In this document: piece by piece, positions 1-6,265 of the stretch
Position numbering within the stretch: position 1 is the stretch's first letter
Layout: each line of letters starts with the position of its first letter
Origin: Pedosphaera sp.
GTDB taxonomy: Bacteria; Verrucomicrobiota; Verrucomicrobiia; Limisphaerales; SIBH01
Direction: 5' to 3'
Assembly: GCA_031414955.1 (NCBI GenBank)
Contig: JANOQV010000095.1
Location: 1 to 12,688, forward strand
DNA: 12,688 bases
Program-made: the position numbers and the translations under genes
Notes under the pieces: generated by a model
What the model was told of the DNA's origin: nothing
Seen by the model: the letters and a program-made list of their open reading frames with translations, nothing else
Database searches by the model: none

Positions 1-768
1 GCCGTAGATGGAGATGTCGCCGAGCTTGCCGCCGTGGGATTCGACGAATTTTTCCGACTGCACGAACATGCCGCCGGAGCCGCAGGCGGGGTCGTAGATG
101 CGGCCTTTGTAGGGGGCGAGCATCTCGACGAGGCAGCGCACGACGCAGGACGGCGTGTAGAACTGGCCGCCGTTCTTGCCCTCGGCACTGGCGAAGCGGG
201 TGAGGAAATACTCGTAAACGCGGCCGAGGATGTCGGTGCTGCGGTGAGTGGAGCGCCGAGCATCGCTCGGCTCGGGGGCGTCTTCCTGCCGAGCAATGCT
301 CGGCGCTCCGAGGAGTGAAATCGTCCCGATCAAGTCGATCAGTTCACCCAGCCGGTGTTTATCCAATCCCGGTCTCGCGTAATCTTTTGGGAGGACGCCC
401 TTGAGCCGCGGGTTGTCGCGCTCGATGGCGACCATGGCGTCGTCCACGATCTTGCCGATGGTGGGCTGCTTGGCGCTGGCCTGGAGGTGTGGCCAGCGGG
501 CCTCGGCGGGCACCCAGAAGACGTTCTCGGCTTTGTATTCGTCGGGGTCTTCGGCATTCGCGCCTTTGTAATCCCCTTTGCCCGCGACGAGCTTGGCGCG
601 GTGTTCCTCGAAGGTGTCGGAGATGTATTTGAGGAAGATGAGGCCGAGGACGACGTGCTTGTATTCCGCCGCGTCCATGTTGTTGCGGAGTTTGTCGGCG
701 GTGAGCCAGAGCTTCGCTTCAAAGCCGATGGTGGCGGTGGAGGGGGCGGTGGTTGATTTGCGGGCCAT
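1..768 (-). CDS. hsdM: Type I restriction-modification system methyltransferase subunit M, N-terminal 256 codons; truncated by the left window edge
   Basis: Hand-translated from the ATG at 768 and open to position 1: [51 protein letters not shown]...FWVPAEARW...[10 protein letters not shown]...[11 protein letters not shown]...[11 protein letters not shown]...[12 protein letters not shown]. It contains the HsdM N-terminal signature, the GQFYTP motif and SAM-binding motif I (DPACGSG). It is missing from the ORF track because there is no stop codon inside the window. Confidence 0.96.
   Translation of the reverse strand, partial: MARKSTTAPSTATIGFEAKLWLTADKLRNNMDAAEYKHVVLGLIFLKYISDTFEEHRAKLVAGKGDYKGANAEDPDEYKAENVFWVPAEARWPHLQASAKQPTIGKIVDDAMVAIERDNPRLKGVLPKDYARPGLDKHRLGELIDLIGTISLLGAPSIARQEDAPEPSDARRSTHRSTDILGRVYEYFLTRFASAEGKNGGQFYTPSCVVRCLVEMLAPYKGRIYDPACGSGGMFVQSEKFVESHGGKLGDISIYG
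250..309. repeat. REP-doublet (REPIN-like) 60-bp inverted repeat inserted in frame in hsdM
   Basis: Arms GGAGCGCCGAGCATCGCTCGGC (250-271) and GCCGAGCAATGCTCGGCGCTCC (288-309) are reverse complements at 21/22 positions, separated by a 16-nt spacer. Each arm is itself a hairpin (GCCGAGC-3nt-GCTCGGC). The element is exactly 20 codons long. Confidence 0.88.
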
Positions 769-933
769 GATCAGCTGGCTGGGTTGCAGACATTGGGCAT
801 CAAAGAGAAGCGACCGGCCAGAGTGTCCTGCGTTGCCATAGATATGTGATTTGTTGCGGAGCACCGTGGCAAAGCGCATCCCACCGCGCAAGTATGGTTC
901 GGAATGGACCGAGGAGTTTCAGCTTCTTCACCT

Positions 934-1644
934 TCAACTGATCAACAGCAACCTCGGCGGCTGGCCGGGCAGCGTTTCGGGCGCGCGGTGGAGGCACGGG
1001 GGCACGGGGCTGCCGGGCCAGTCCACGGCGATGCGCCAGAGGTGGCCCAGGCCAAAGGAAAATGGCTGCGCCTGCGGGGCGGCGGCGTAGTGGAGGTCGT
1101 AACAATTCTCGTTCAGGTATGCGCGGAAGTCCTCGTTGTCTTCCTCGCCGAAGAGTTGGAGGAGTGCGGCACGGGTTTCGGGGATGTCCACGCGCCGTTG
1201 CGCCTCGTCATTGCGCAAGCCCTCGCTCGCCGGCCCGTGGTAGGTGCAGAGCCAGGTGTCGGCTTCCACCGGGGCGCTGTCGGCGTGGAAGGAAAAGACA
1301 TCCGTGGACACCGGACCGGGAGCCTCGTCGCGGGGATAGCTGTGAATGCAGTTGAGGACGGGCGCCCGGTCTTGTTCCCGGAGCAGTCGCAGATCTTCGA
1401 GGAGCATTTCGATGGCGGCCCGGCCCGCGGCGCTCACGGGGAGGCTCGCGAGTCGAGCGTCGTCGAGCGTGACGATCCCCTCACCGACGCCGAGCCGTTC
1501 CACGACTTCGCCGAAATCGCCCGGCAACGCGCGCGGCCAACACAGGGCGTTGACGCCATTTCCGAAAGGAGTCGTGATCAGTTCATGGAAACTTTTCACC
1601 ACCTTGATGCGAGGGTAGCCGGGAGGCAGCGTGAAAAGAGCCAT
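934..1644 (-). CDS. DUF1826-like protein (236 aa from the ATG at 1644)
   Basis: The motifs FHADS...WLCTYHGPASEGL and HRAP...RLLLIS at the C-terminus resemble the DUF1826 pattern (FHxD, CTYxG, HRxP, RLLL). The ATG at 1644 (MALFTLPP) is preferred over the GTG at 1683. Confidence 0.72.
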   Translation of the reverse strand: MALFTLPPGYPRIKVVKSFHELITTPFGNGVNALCWPRALPGDFGEVVERLGVGEGIVTLDDARLASLPVSAAGRAAIEMLLEDLRLLREQDRAPVLNCIHSYPRDEAPGPVSTDVFSFHADSAPVEADTWLCTYHGPASEGLRNDEAQRRVDIPETRAALLQLFGEEDNEDFRAYLNENCYDLHYAAAPQAQPFSFGLGHLWRIAVDWPGSPVPPCLHRAPETLPGQPPRLLLIS

Positions 1645-1756
1645 GCGCGAGTCTGCGCGCATCGAAAAGATTCGTCGAGCCACTCAGTGCCCTGCGCGGT
1701 GGAAATTGCCGAGCAGTGCGTGGATGTGTCGCCTCGCTTCTGCCATCGTCGCCGCC

Positions 1757-3358
1757 ATGAATTCACCAATCGGCCATCGGCTTGCGCGACGGCAATTCAT
1801 CAAGTCCACGTTCGTGCTCGGCGCGGCGGGATTTTGGCTGCCGGGCTTTGCGCGCGCGGCGGCGGCACCGACGAAGAATCCGCTCGGGCGACTCGGACTT
1901 GGCTGGACCGACAAGCTGCGCTGGGACTTGGTGGTGGACATCAGGACGGTCGCGGGTGACGGCGAATTTTGGGACGAGCGACTGGAGAAAGCGCAGGATG
2001 CGGTCGTGGCGAACGGCGGCGGCGTCGTGTTCTTTCCGGCCGGAACGTATCGCTTCCGTGGCGACATCAGGTTGCAGGGCGGCGTCATTCTGCGCGGCGC
2101 GGAACCGGAGGGAGCGACAGCCGCAAGCGACGAAAAGTTCGCGCCGCCGTCGCGGCTGGAGTTTCCGAAATACACGCCGGGCTTCACCGGCAGCGGCACG
2201 CCGGTGGACACGGCGTTCAAGGGCCTCGTGCTCGCGGAGCCGGCCACGGCGGCGAACTGCGGCGTGGTTCACCTCAGTCTCAATCGCGGCTGCATCGCGC
2301 TGGCCGAGGCGGACGGACATCGCTGCGGCGCAAACCGGTTCGTGTTCGGCTGCGTGCTGCGGAATGCAGCGGGCGTGATGGCGGAGGTTCCCAATGTCCA
2401 GCAGAACCAGCCCGCGTGGCTGCGCTACACGCACAAGTTTCGCCCGGCCATTCGCCTCCATGCTTCCGAGAACGCGCTCGTGGCGAGCAACCGGATTCCA
2501 AAAAGCGGCGACGACAATTTCACGATGAAGGAATACCCGCTGCTCGACCGGCAGCAGAAGCTCGTGCCGTTCGATGTCGAGTTCGATTACGACAACCGCC
2601 CCGGCATCTATGTGAATCATCATTGCATCGGCGGCGCGGGCGGCAGCGGCGACGACGGCACGCCCGAGACGCATTCGTGGGGCTTCCGCACGGGCGCGGT
2701 CCTCCGCGACAATTACGTGTTCAACTCCGGCCGCTGCGCCATCGGCTTCAGCGGCGACGGCGTGGTCTGCTCCGGCAATGTCATTCGCTTCCCGAAGGGT
2801 CTCGTGCGTCCGACGGTGACGGGCGTGCATTGCAGCTACGGTTCCTCCACGAATGACAATCGCGCCCTGGAGATGCGCGGCTGGCGCTGGGTCGTCGAGG
2901 ACAACGATTACGAAGTCCACAGCAACCTTTGCTCGGACGGGAAATATCGCATCAACGACGGCGAGGGGCTGATGCACGAGGACCATTGCAACTCGACCAT
3001 TGTGGACGGCCGCCTCGTCAACAATCGCGGCAACAGCTACCTCTCGCTCTTCCACGTCGGCGAAGTCAGCGGCCTGCACGTTGAGGGCAACGACATCTCC
3101 ACGCAGGCCGGGGATTCGGACATCTACGTCACCGCGCCGCGCCACAAGAAGCCCGGCGACTTCCCCATCCGCCGCGTGACCATCGTGAAGAACACCACGC
3201 GCACCAACGGCATCCGCGTGATGGGCTGGCCGGCCGAGAAAGTCGTGGTGAAGGACAACCGCCATCTCGGCACGAAGCCCGGCAAACTCGTCAACGAGGC
3301 CAGCGCCGAGTTGGCCAACAACACCAACTACGAGGTCAGCACGCCGGAGCGGAAGTAG
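1757..3358 (+). CDS. Tat-exported right-handed beta-helix protein of the pectin-lyase fold / GH28-related type, probably a polysaccharide-active enzyme (533 aa)
   Basis: The ATG at 1757 gives MNSPIGHRLARRQFIKSTFVLGAAGFWLPGFARA, with a twin-arginine RRxFxK motif, a hydrophobic stretch and an AxA cleavage site. The N-terminal AQDAVVANGGGVVFFPAGTY...IRLQGGVILRG is typical of Pectate_lyase_3-like domains. Asn-ladder repeats follow (VASNRI, LRDNYV, CSGNVI, VEDNDY, VEGNDI, VKDN). Confidence 0.75.
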   Translation: MNSPIGHRLARRQFIKSTFVLGAAGFWLPGFARAAAAPTKNPLGRLGLGWTDKLRWDLVVDIRTVAGDGEFWDERLEKAQDAVVANGGGVVFFPAGTYRFRGDIRLQGGVILRGAEPEGATAASDEKFAPPSRLEFPKYTPGFTGSGTPVDTAFKGLVLAEPATAANCGVVHLSLNRGCIALAEADGHRCGANRFVFGCVLRNAAGVMAEVPNVQQNQPAWLRYTHKFRPAIRLHASENALVASNRIPKSGDDNFTMKEYPLLDRQQKLVPFDVEFDYDNRPGIYVNHHCIGGAGGSGDDGTPETHSWGFRTGAVLRDNYVFNSGRCAIGFSGDGVVCSGNVIRFPKGLVRPTVTGVHCSYGSSTNDNRALEMRGWRWVVEDNDYEVHSNLCSDGKYRINDGEGLMHEDHCNSTIVDGRLVNNRGNSYLSLFHVGEVSGLHVEGNDISTQAGDSDIYVTAPRHKKPGDFPIRRVTIVKNTTRTNGIRVMGWPAEKVVVKDNRHLGTKPGKLVNEASAELANNTNYEVSTPERK

Positions 3359-3433
3359 CATCGCTGGCCGTTGCTCCGATGTGGACGCCCGGCGAAGGCA
3401 ACTTCACTCCTCTTGCGGCTGCACCATCGATTA

Positions 3434-3455
3434 GTAGAAGCGGCGCGCGCGCCGC
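3434..3455. repeat. Single GTAG-type REP-like palindrome
   Basis: GTAG-AA-GCGGCGC-GC-GCGCCGC: a GTAG tetranucleotide followed by a GC-rich hairpin, in an intergenic position. Confidence 0.35.
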
Positions 3456-3490
3456 CCCTCGACAACCCAACGCCCCGGAGTCTTTCGGGG

Positions 3491-3520
3491 TTGTCCCCCG
3501 CGTTTCGTTCCCGCTACTCT
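3491..3520 (+). promoter_or_regulatory. Candidate sigma70-type promoter upstream of the structured leader and mod
   Basis: TTGTCC (3491-3496), an 18-nt spacer, then TACTCT (3515-3520, TAnnnT). Sequence match only. Confidence 0.35.
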
Positions 3521-3579
3521 GCCGCGTCCGTGAAACCAAAGACGATTATCGACTAACACTTTTTACTAAAATCATTCTG

Positions 3580-3711
3580 CGTAGCTTCGGCTACGGGCTG
3601 GTCCGAAAACCGCGAATTTTCCAAGCCCACACGCAACCGACCGAGCACGCGCCCGCCTGGGCGCGGCTTGGCGTGCTTGCGTGTTAGGCGCTTCGCGGTG
3701 CCTCGGACCAG
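3580..3711 (+). ncRNA. Unassigned structured RNA/DNA element: a C(UUCG)G hairpin followed by a ~114-nt multi-helix rod
   Basis: CGTAGC-TTCG-GCTACG (3580-3595), then nested helices CTGGTCCGA/TCGGACCAG (3598-3606/3703-3711), ACCGCGAA/TTCGCGGT (3609-3616/3692-3699), ACACGCAA/TTGCGTGT (3629-3636/3677-3684), CCGAGC/GCTTGG (3641-3646/3666-3671, one G-U pair) and CGCGCCC/GGGCGCG (3648-3654/3659-3665). The UUCG loop and the G-U pair favour the + strand. Family not recognised. Confidence 0.45.
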
Positions 3712-3784
3712 AGCGCGTTGAGTTCGCGCCCTTCTTGTTGAAAGAATTTCCCGTGGTTGGCCGTTGCGAGGCAACCCCACCACG

Positions 3785-5947
3785 ATGCCCACCGGAGACG
3801 ACACCAAACTGCCGCTGACTTCTCGCGACGTTCACGCGGAACGGCTCGCGCACTTCCGCGAACTCTTTCCCGAAGCCTGCACCGAGGGGAAAACCGATCT
3901 CAAGAAGCTGGCCCAACTGCTGGGCGAGGCCGTCACCGACGCGCCGGAACGCTACGGGCTTTCGTGGTCGGGCAAGTCCGAGGCCATCCGCGCCATTCAA
4001 ATCACCAGCCCCGGCACGCTGCGGCCCTGCGTCGAAGAGTCGTGCCCGCCGCTGCCCTTTGCCGGGGAGCCGGAAGGAATAGCCACAGAGAACGCAAAGA
4101 ACTCAGAGAAAAGAGTCGGAGATGAAGCCTCTTCCGGTTCTTTGTGCTCTCTGCGTTCTTTGCGGCAAAATGATTCCGAGAACCTGATCATCGAGGGCGA
4201 CAATCTGGAAACGCTCAAGCTCCTGCAAGGCGGCTACCACGGGCGCGTGAAGATGATCTACATCGATCCGCCCTACAACACGGGCGGCGAGTTCATCTAC
4301 CCGGACAACTACAAGGAAGGGCTGGCCGATTACCTGCGCTTCTCCGGGCAGGTCAGCGGCGAGGGCATCCGGCTCACCACCAACGCGGAGACAGACGGGC
4401 GTTACCACAGCAAATGGCTGACGATGATTTATCCCCGGCTGTTTCTGGCGCGGAATCTTTTGCGCGAGGACGGCGTGATCTTCGTGAGTATTGACGACCA
4501 CGAAGTCCACAACCTGCGGGCCGTGATGAACGAGATTTTTGGAGAGGAGAATTTTATTGGGCAGTTGATCTGGAAGCGTAGGCAGACCGTTGATAGTCGT
4601 GCCCAAACAGGTTTGTCCTGTGATCACGAATATGTCCTCGTCTATTCCAAGTGGGACTCACGACTTCGCGGGCAATCCATAGACTTTTCCAAGTTCAGCA
4701 ATCCTGACAATGACCCCCGCGGCGAATGGTGGAGTGCCGACTTGACCGGTCTCGCTACACAAGAGCAACGTCCAAACTTGCACTACGAGCTTGTGAATCC
4801 TGAAACGGAAATTTCATACGCTTGCTCAGAGAGCGGTTGGAGATACGCAAAACAGACAATGGCTTCGCTAATTCAAGAGAAGCGAATCCTCTGGCCAAAA
4901 GCTTCAACGGGCCGTCCGCGCCTGAAGCGTTTTAAGAATGAGCGGGAAAGTGATTTCACGAACCTGTCATCTGTTTTGGAAACTGTTTACACAACGCAAG
5001 GCACTCGAATTCTCAAAGAGCTTTTTGATGGTGATGATGTCTTGGATTTCCCGAAACCAGTAGAGTTCGTCCGATCACTTCTCGAACAAGGGCTTGATAA
5101 GGACGGCCTCATCCTCGACTTCTTCGCCGGGAGCGGAACGACGGCGCAGGCGGTGTTGGAGTTGAACGCGCAGGACGGCGGGAATCGCAAGTTCATCCTC
5201 GTCCAGTTGCCCGAACCCACGGAGCGCCAGGATTTCCCCACCATCGCGGACATCACCAAGGAACGCGTCCGTCGCGTGATCAAGAAACTGGAAACGGAAT
5301 CAGCCACAAAGAACGCAGAGAACACAAAGAAGTCGGAAAGCGAATTGCCGCTGCAGGCTTCATTCCCTCTCCCCGCGAAGAATGAGCGGGGAGAGGGCCA
5401 GGGAGAGGGGTTTCTGAGAAAAGCGGCCTCCTCTCCCCAGCCCTCTCCTCCATCCGATGGAGGAGAGGGAGTCGGCCCGGCCGTTGATACTGTTTCTCTG
5501 CGCTCTTTGCGTTCTCTGCGGCTAAATCAGGATTTGGGCTTCAAGGTTTTCAAACTGGGCAGCAGCAATTTCAAGGTCTGGGACGCCGCCTCCGCGCCAA
5601 AGGACGGCGCGGCGCTGGCCGAGCAATTGCATCTCATGGCCCACAACGTCGAGGCCGACCGCCCGGATGACGCGCTGCTCTACGAGCTGGTCTTGAAATG
5701 CAATCTACCGCTCACGAGTCGGGTCGTGGCCGGGAAGATCGGCGCACAAACTTTCTACGACGTAGCCGACGGCACGCTGGCGATTTGCCTGGAGCGACCC
5801 ATCGCACAGGAGACGTTGCGCGGCCTCGTCGCGCGGAAACCAAAGGGCGTCATCTGCCTGGACATCGCCTTCGCCGGCAACGACCAGCTCAAGGCGAACA
5901 CCGTGCTGGAGATGAAATCGCACGGGATCGAATTCCACACGGCATGA
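3785..5947 (+). CDS. mod: Type III restriction-modification DNA methyltransferase Mod (beta-class, N6-adenine; 720 aa) carrying two in-frame repeat-derived insertions
   Basis: ERYGLSWSGK, NLIIEGDNLETLKLL, catalytic IYIDPPYNTG, HSKWLTMIYPRLFLARNLL, FVSIDDHE, FPKP, SAM-binding ILDFFAGSGTT, RKFILVQL and DLGFKVFKL are all present. Motif order IV-TRD-I defines the beta class. The gene lies directly upstream of res. The ATG at 3785 is preferred over the TTG at 3764. Confidence 0.96.
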   Translation: MPTGDDTKLPLTSRDVHAERLAHFRELFPEACTEGKTDLKKLAQLLGEAVTDAPERYGLSWSGKSEAIRAIQITSPGTLRPCVEESCPPLPFAGEPEGIATENAKNSEKRVGDEASSGSLCSLRSLRQNDSENLIIEGDNLETLKLLQGGYHGRVKMIYIDPPYNTGGEFIYPDNYKEGLADYLRFSGQVSGEGIRLTTNAETDGRYHSKWLTMIYPRLFLARNLLREDGVIFVSIDDHEVHNLRAVMNEIFGEENFIGQLIWKRRQTVDSRAQTGLSCDHEYVLVYSKWDSRLRGQSIDFSKFSNPDNDPRGEWWSADLTGLATQEQRPNLHYELVNPETEISYACSESGWRYAKQTMASLIQEKRILWPKASTGRPRLKRFKNERESDFTNLSSVLETVYTTQGTRILKELFDGDDVLDFPKPVEFVRSLLEQGLDKDGLILDFFAGSGTTAQAVLELNAQDGGNRKFILVQLPEPTERQDFPTIADITKERVRRVIKKLETESATKNAENTKKSESELPLQASFPLPAKNERGEGQGEGFLRKAASSPQPSPPSDGGEGVGPAVDTVSLRSLRSLRLNQDLGFKVFKLGSSNFKVWDAASAPKDGAALAEQLHLMAHNVEADRPDDALLYELVLKCNLPLTSRVVAGKIGAQTFYDVADGTLAICLERPIAQETLRGLVARKPKGVICLDIAFAGNDQLKANTVLEMKSHGIEFHTA
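4082..4166. repeat. In-frame inverted-repeat element with 9-bp-periodic arms (copy 1 in mod)
   Basis: Left arm GCCACAGAGAACGCAAAGAACTCAGAGAA (4082-4110) and right arm TTCTTTGTGCTCTCTGCGTTCTTTGCGGC (4138-4166) are 23/29 complementary. Each arm is three CnCAnAGAn units. It is translated as ATENAKNSEK...SLCSLRSLRQ. Confidence 0.88.
5302..5523. repeat. In-frame inverted-repeat element with 9-bp-periodic arms (copy 2 in mod), enclosing a second palindromic element
   Basis: Left arm AGCCACAAAGAACGCAGAGAACACAAAGAA (5302-5331) and right arm TTCTCTGCGCTCTTTGCGTTCTCTGCGGCT (5494-5523) are 24/30 complementary, and all differences are A/G transitions. The element spans 222 bp, or 74 codons. Confidence 0.88.
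5364..5470. repeat. CCCTCTCC/GGAGAGGG double-hairpin element nested inside copy 2
   Basis: Hairpin CCCTCTCCCCGC/GCGGGGAGAGGG (5365-5376/5386-5397) plus GGGAGAGGGG, mirrored by CCTCCTCTCCCC plus hairpin CCCTCTCCTCCATC/GATGGAGGAGAGGG (5441-5454/5456-5469). It is translated as FPLPAKNERGEGQGEG...SPQPSPPSDGGEG. Confidence 0.88.
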
Positions 5948-5980
5948 AATCCCGCGTGTCAACTGGCGGGCGATACGGAA

Positions 5981-6001
5981 GCGGCGTGAACGCCGCGCTC
6001 C
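5981..6001. repeat. Solo GGAGCG-type REP arm
   Basis: GCGGCGTGAACGCCGCGCTCC has reverse complement GGAGC-GCGGCG-TTCA-CGCCGC, the same GGAGCG plus short hairpin design as the arms in hsdM. Confidence 0.55.
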
Positions 6002-6002
6002 C

Positions 6003-6217
6003 AATCCCAACGGGATTGCGTCCTCCAGCCCAGGGTTGCGAGGAACGAGCTACCCTGGGTCAGCTTTCCCGAACATCACCAACCCCAACGGGGTTGCGTC
6101 CGCGTTCTCACAACCGATGCCGTAACCCCGTTGGGGTTGAGAATCCTTTCACCGCGATTTCCCAGGGTAGCTCGTTCCTCGCAACCCTGGGCTTTGGGCC
6201 TGAATCCCGTTGGGATT
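6003..6217. repeat. 215-bp compound inverted repeat (MITE/REP-like) between mod and res
   Basis: Three mirrored blocks: AATCCCAACGGGATT (6003-6017 / 6203-6217, 15/15), AGCCCAGGGTTGCGAGGAACGAGCTACCCTGGG (6027-6059 / 6161-6193, 33/33) and CAACCCCAACGGGGTTGCG (6080-6098 / 6121-6139, 18/19). The spacers between blocks are not complementary but match in length (9/9 and 20/21 nt). Confidence 0.92.
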
Positions 6218-6265
6218 CCTGCGGGCGCGAATGTCGTTTGGATTCCGCCGAATAAAATTCCCCGG

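Noticed and set aside
1631..1756. Extended N-terminus of the beta-helix protein overlapping the DUF1826-like gene
   Set aside because: The Tat signal must be N-terminal, which places the start at the ATG at 1757.
3551..3689. Integron attC site (GACTAAC ... GTTAGGC)
   Set aside because: The core sites are only roughly complementary, there are no L boxes, the observed pairing axis does not join these two ends, and there is no cassette array or integrase.
3598..3711. SRP (4.5S) RNA, 6S RNA or tRNA
   Set aside because: It lacks the SRP GGAA tetraloop and domain IV motif, is shorter than a typical 6S RNA without a clear large central bubble, and forms no cloverleaf. An Rfam scan is still needed.
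4042..4170. Intein in Mod: the insertion begins with Cys (CPPLPF) and ends near Asn (RQN)
   Set aside because: It is only about 43 aa, the Asn is followed by Asp rather than Cys/Ser/Thr, there are no intein block motifs, and the DNA palindrome explains it.
3785..5947. Phase-variable mod (phasevarion) driven by simple sequence repeats
   Set aside because: No long homopolymer or perfect short tandem tract was seen, and the 9-bp units are degenerate and frame-neutral.
6003..6217. CRISPR array
   Set aside because: The repeats are inverted rather than direct, there are only two copies per block, there are no regular unique spacers, and no cas genes are present.
6131..6265. 45-aa N-terminal extension of Res from the TTG at 6131
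   Set aside because: It starts inside the palindromic element, and the family-typical N-terminus begins at the ATG at 6266 (MKIKFD).
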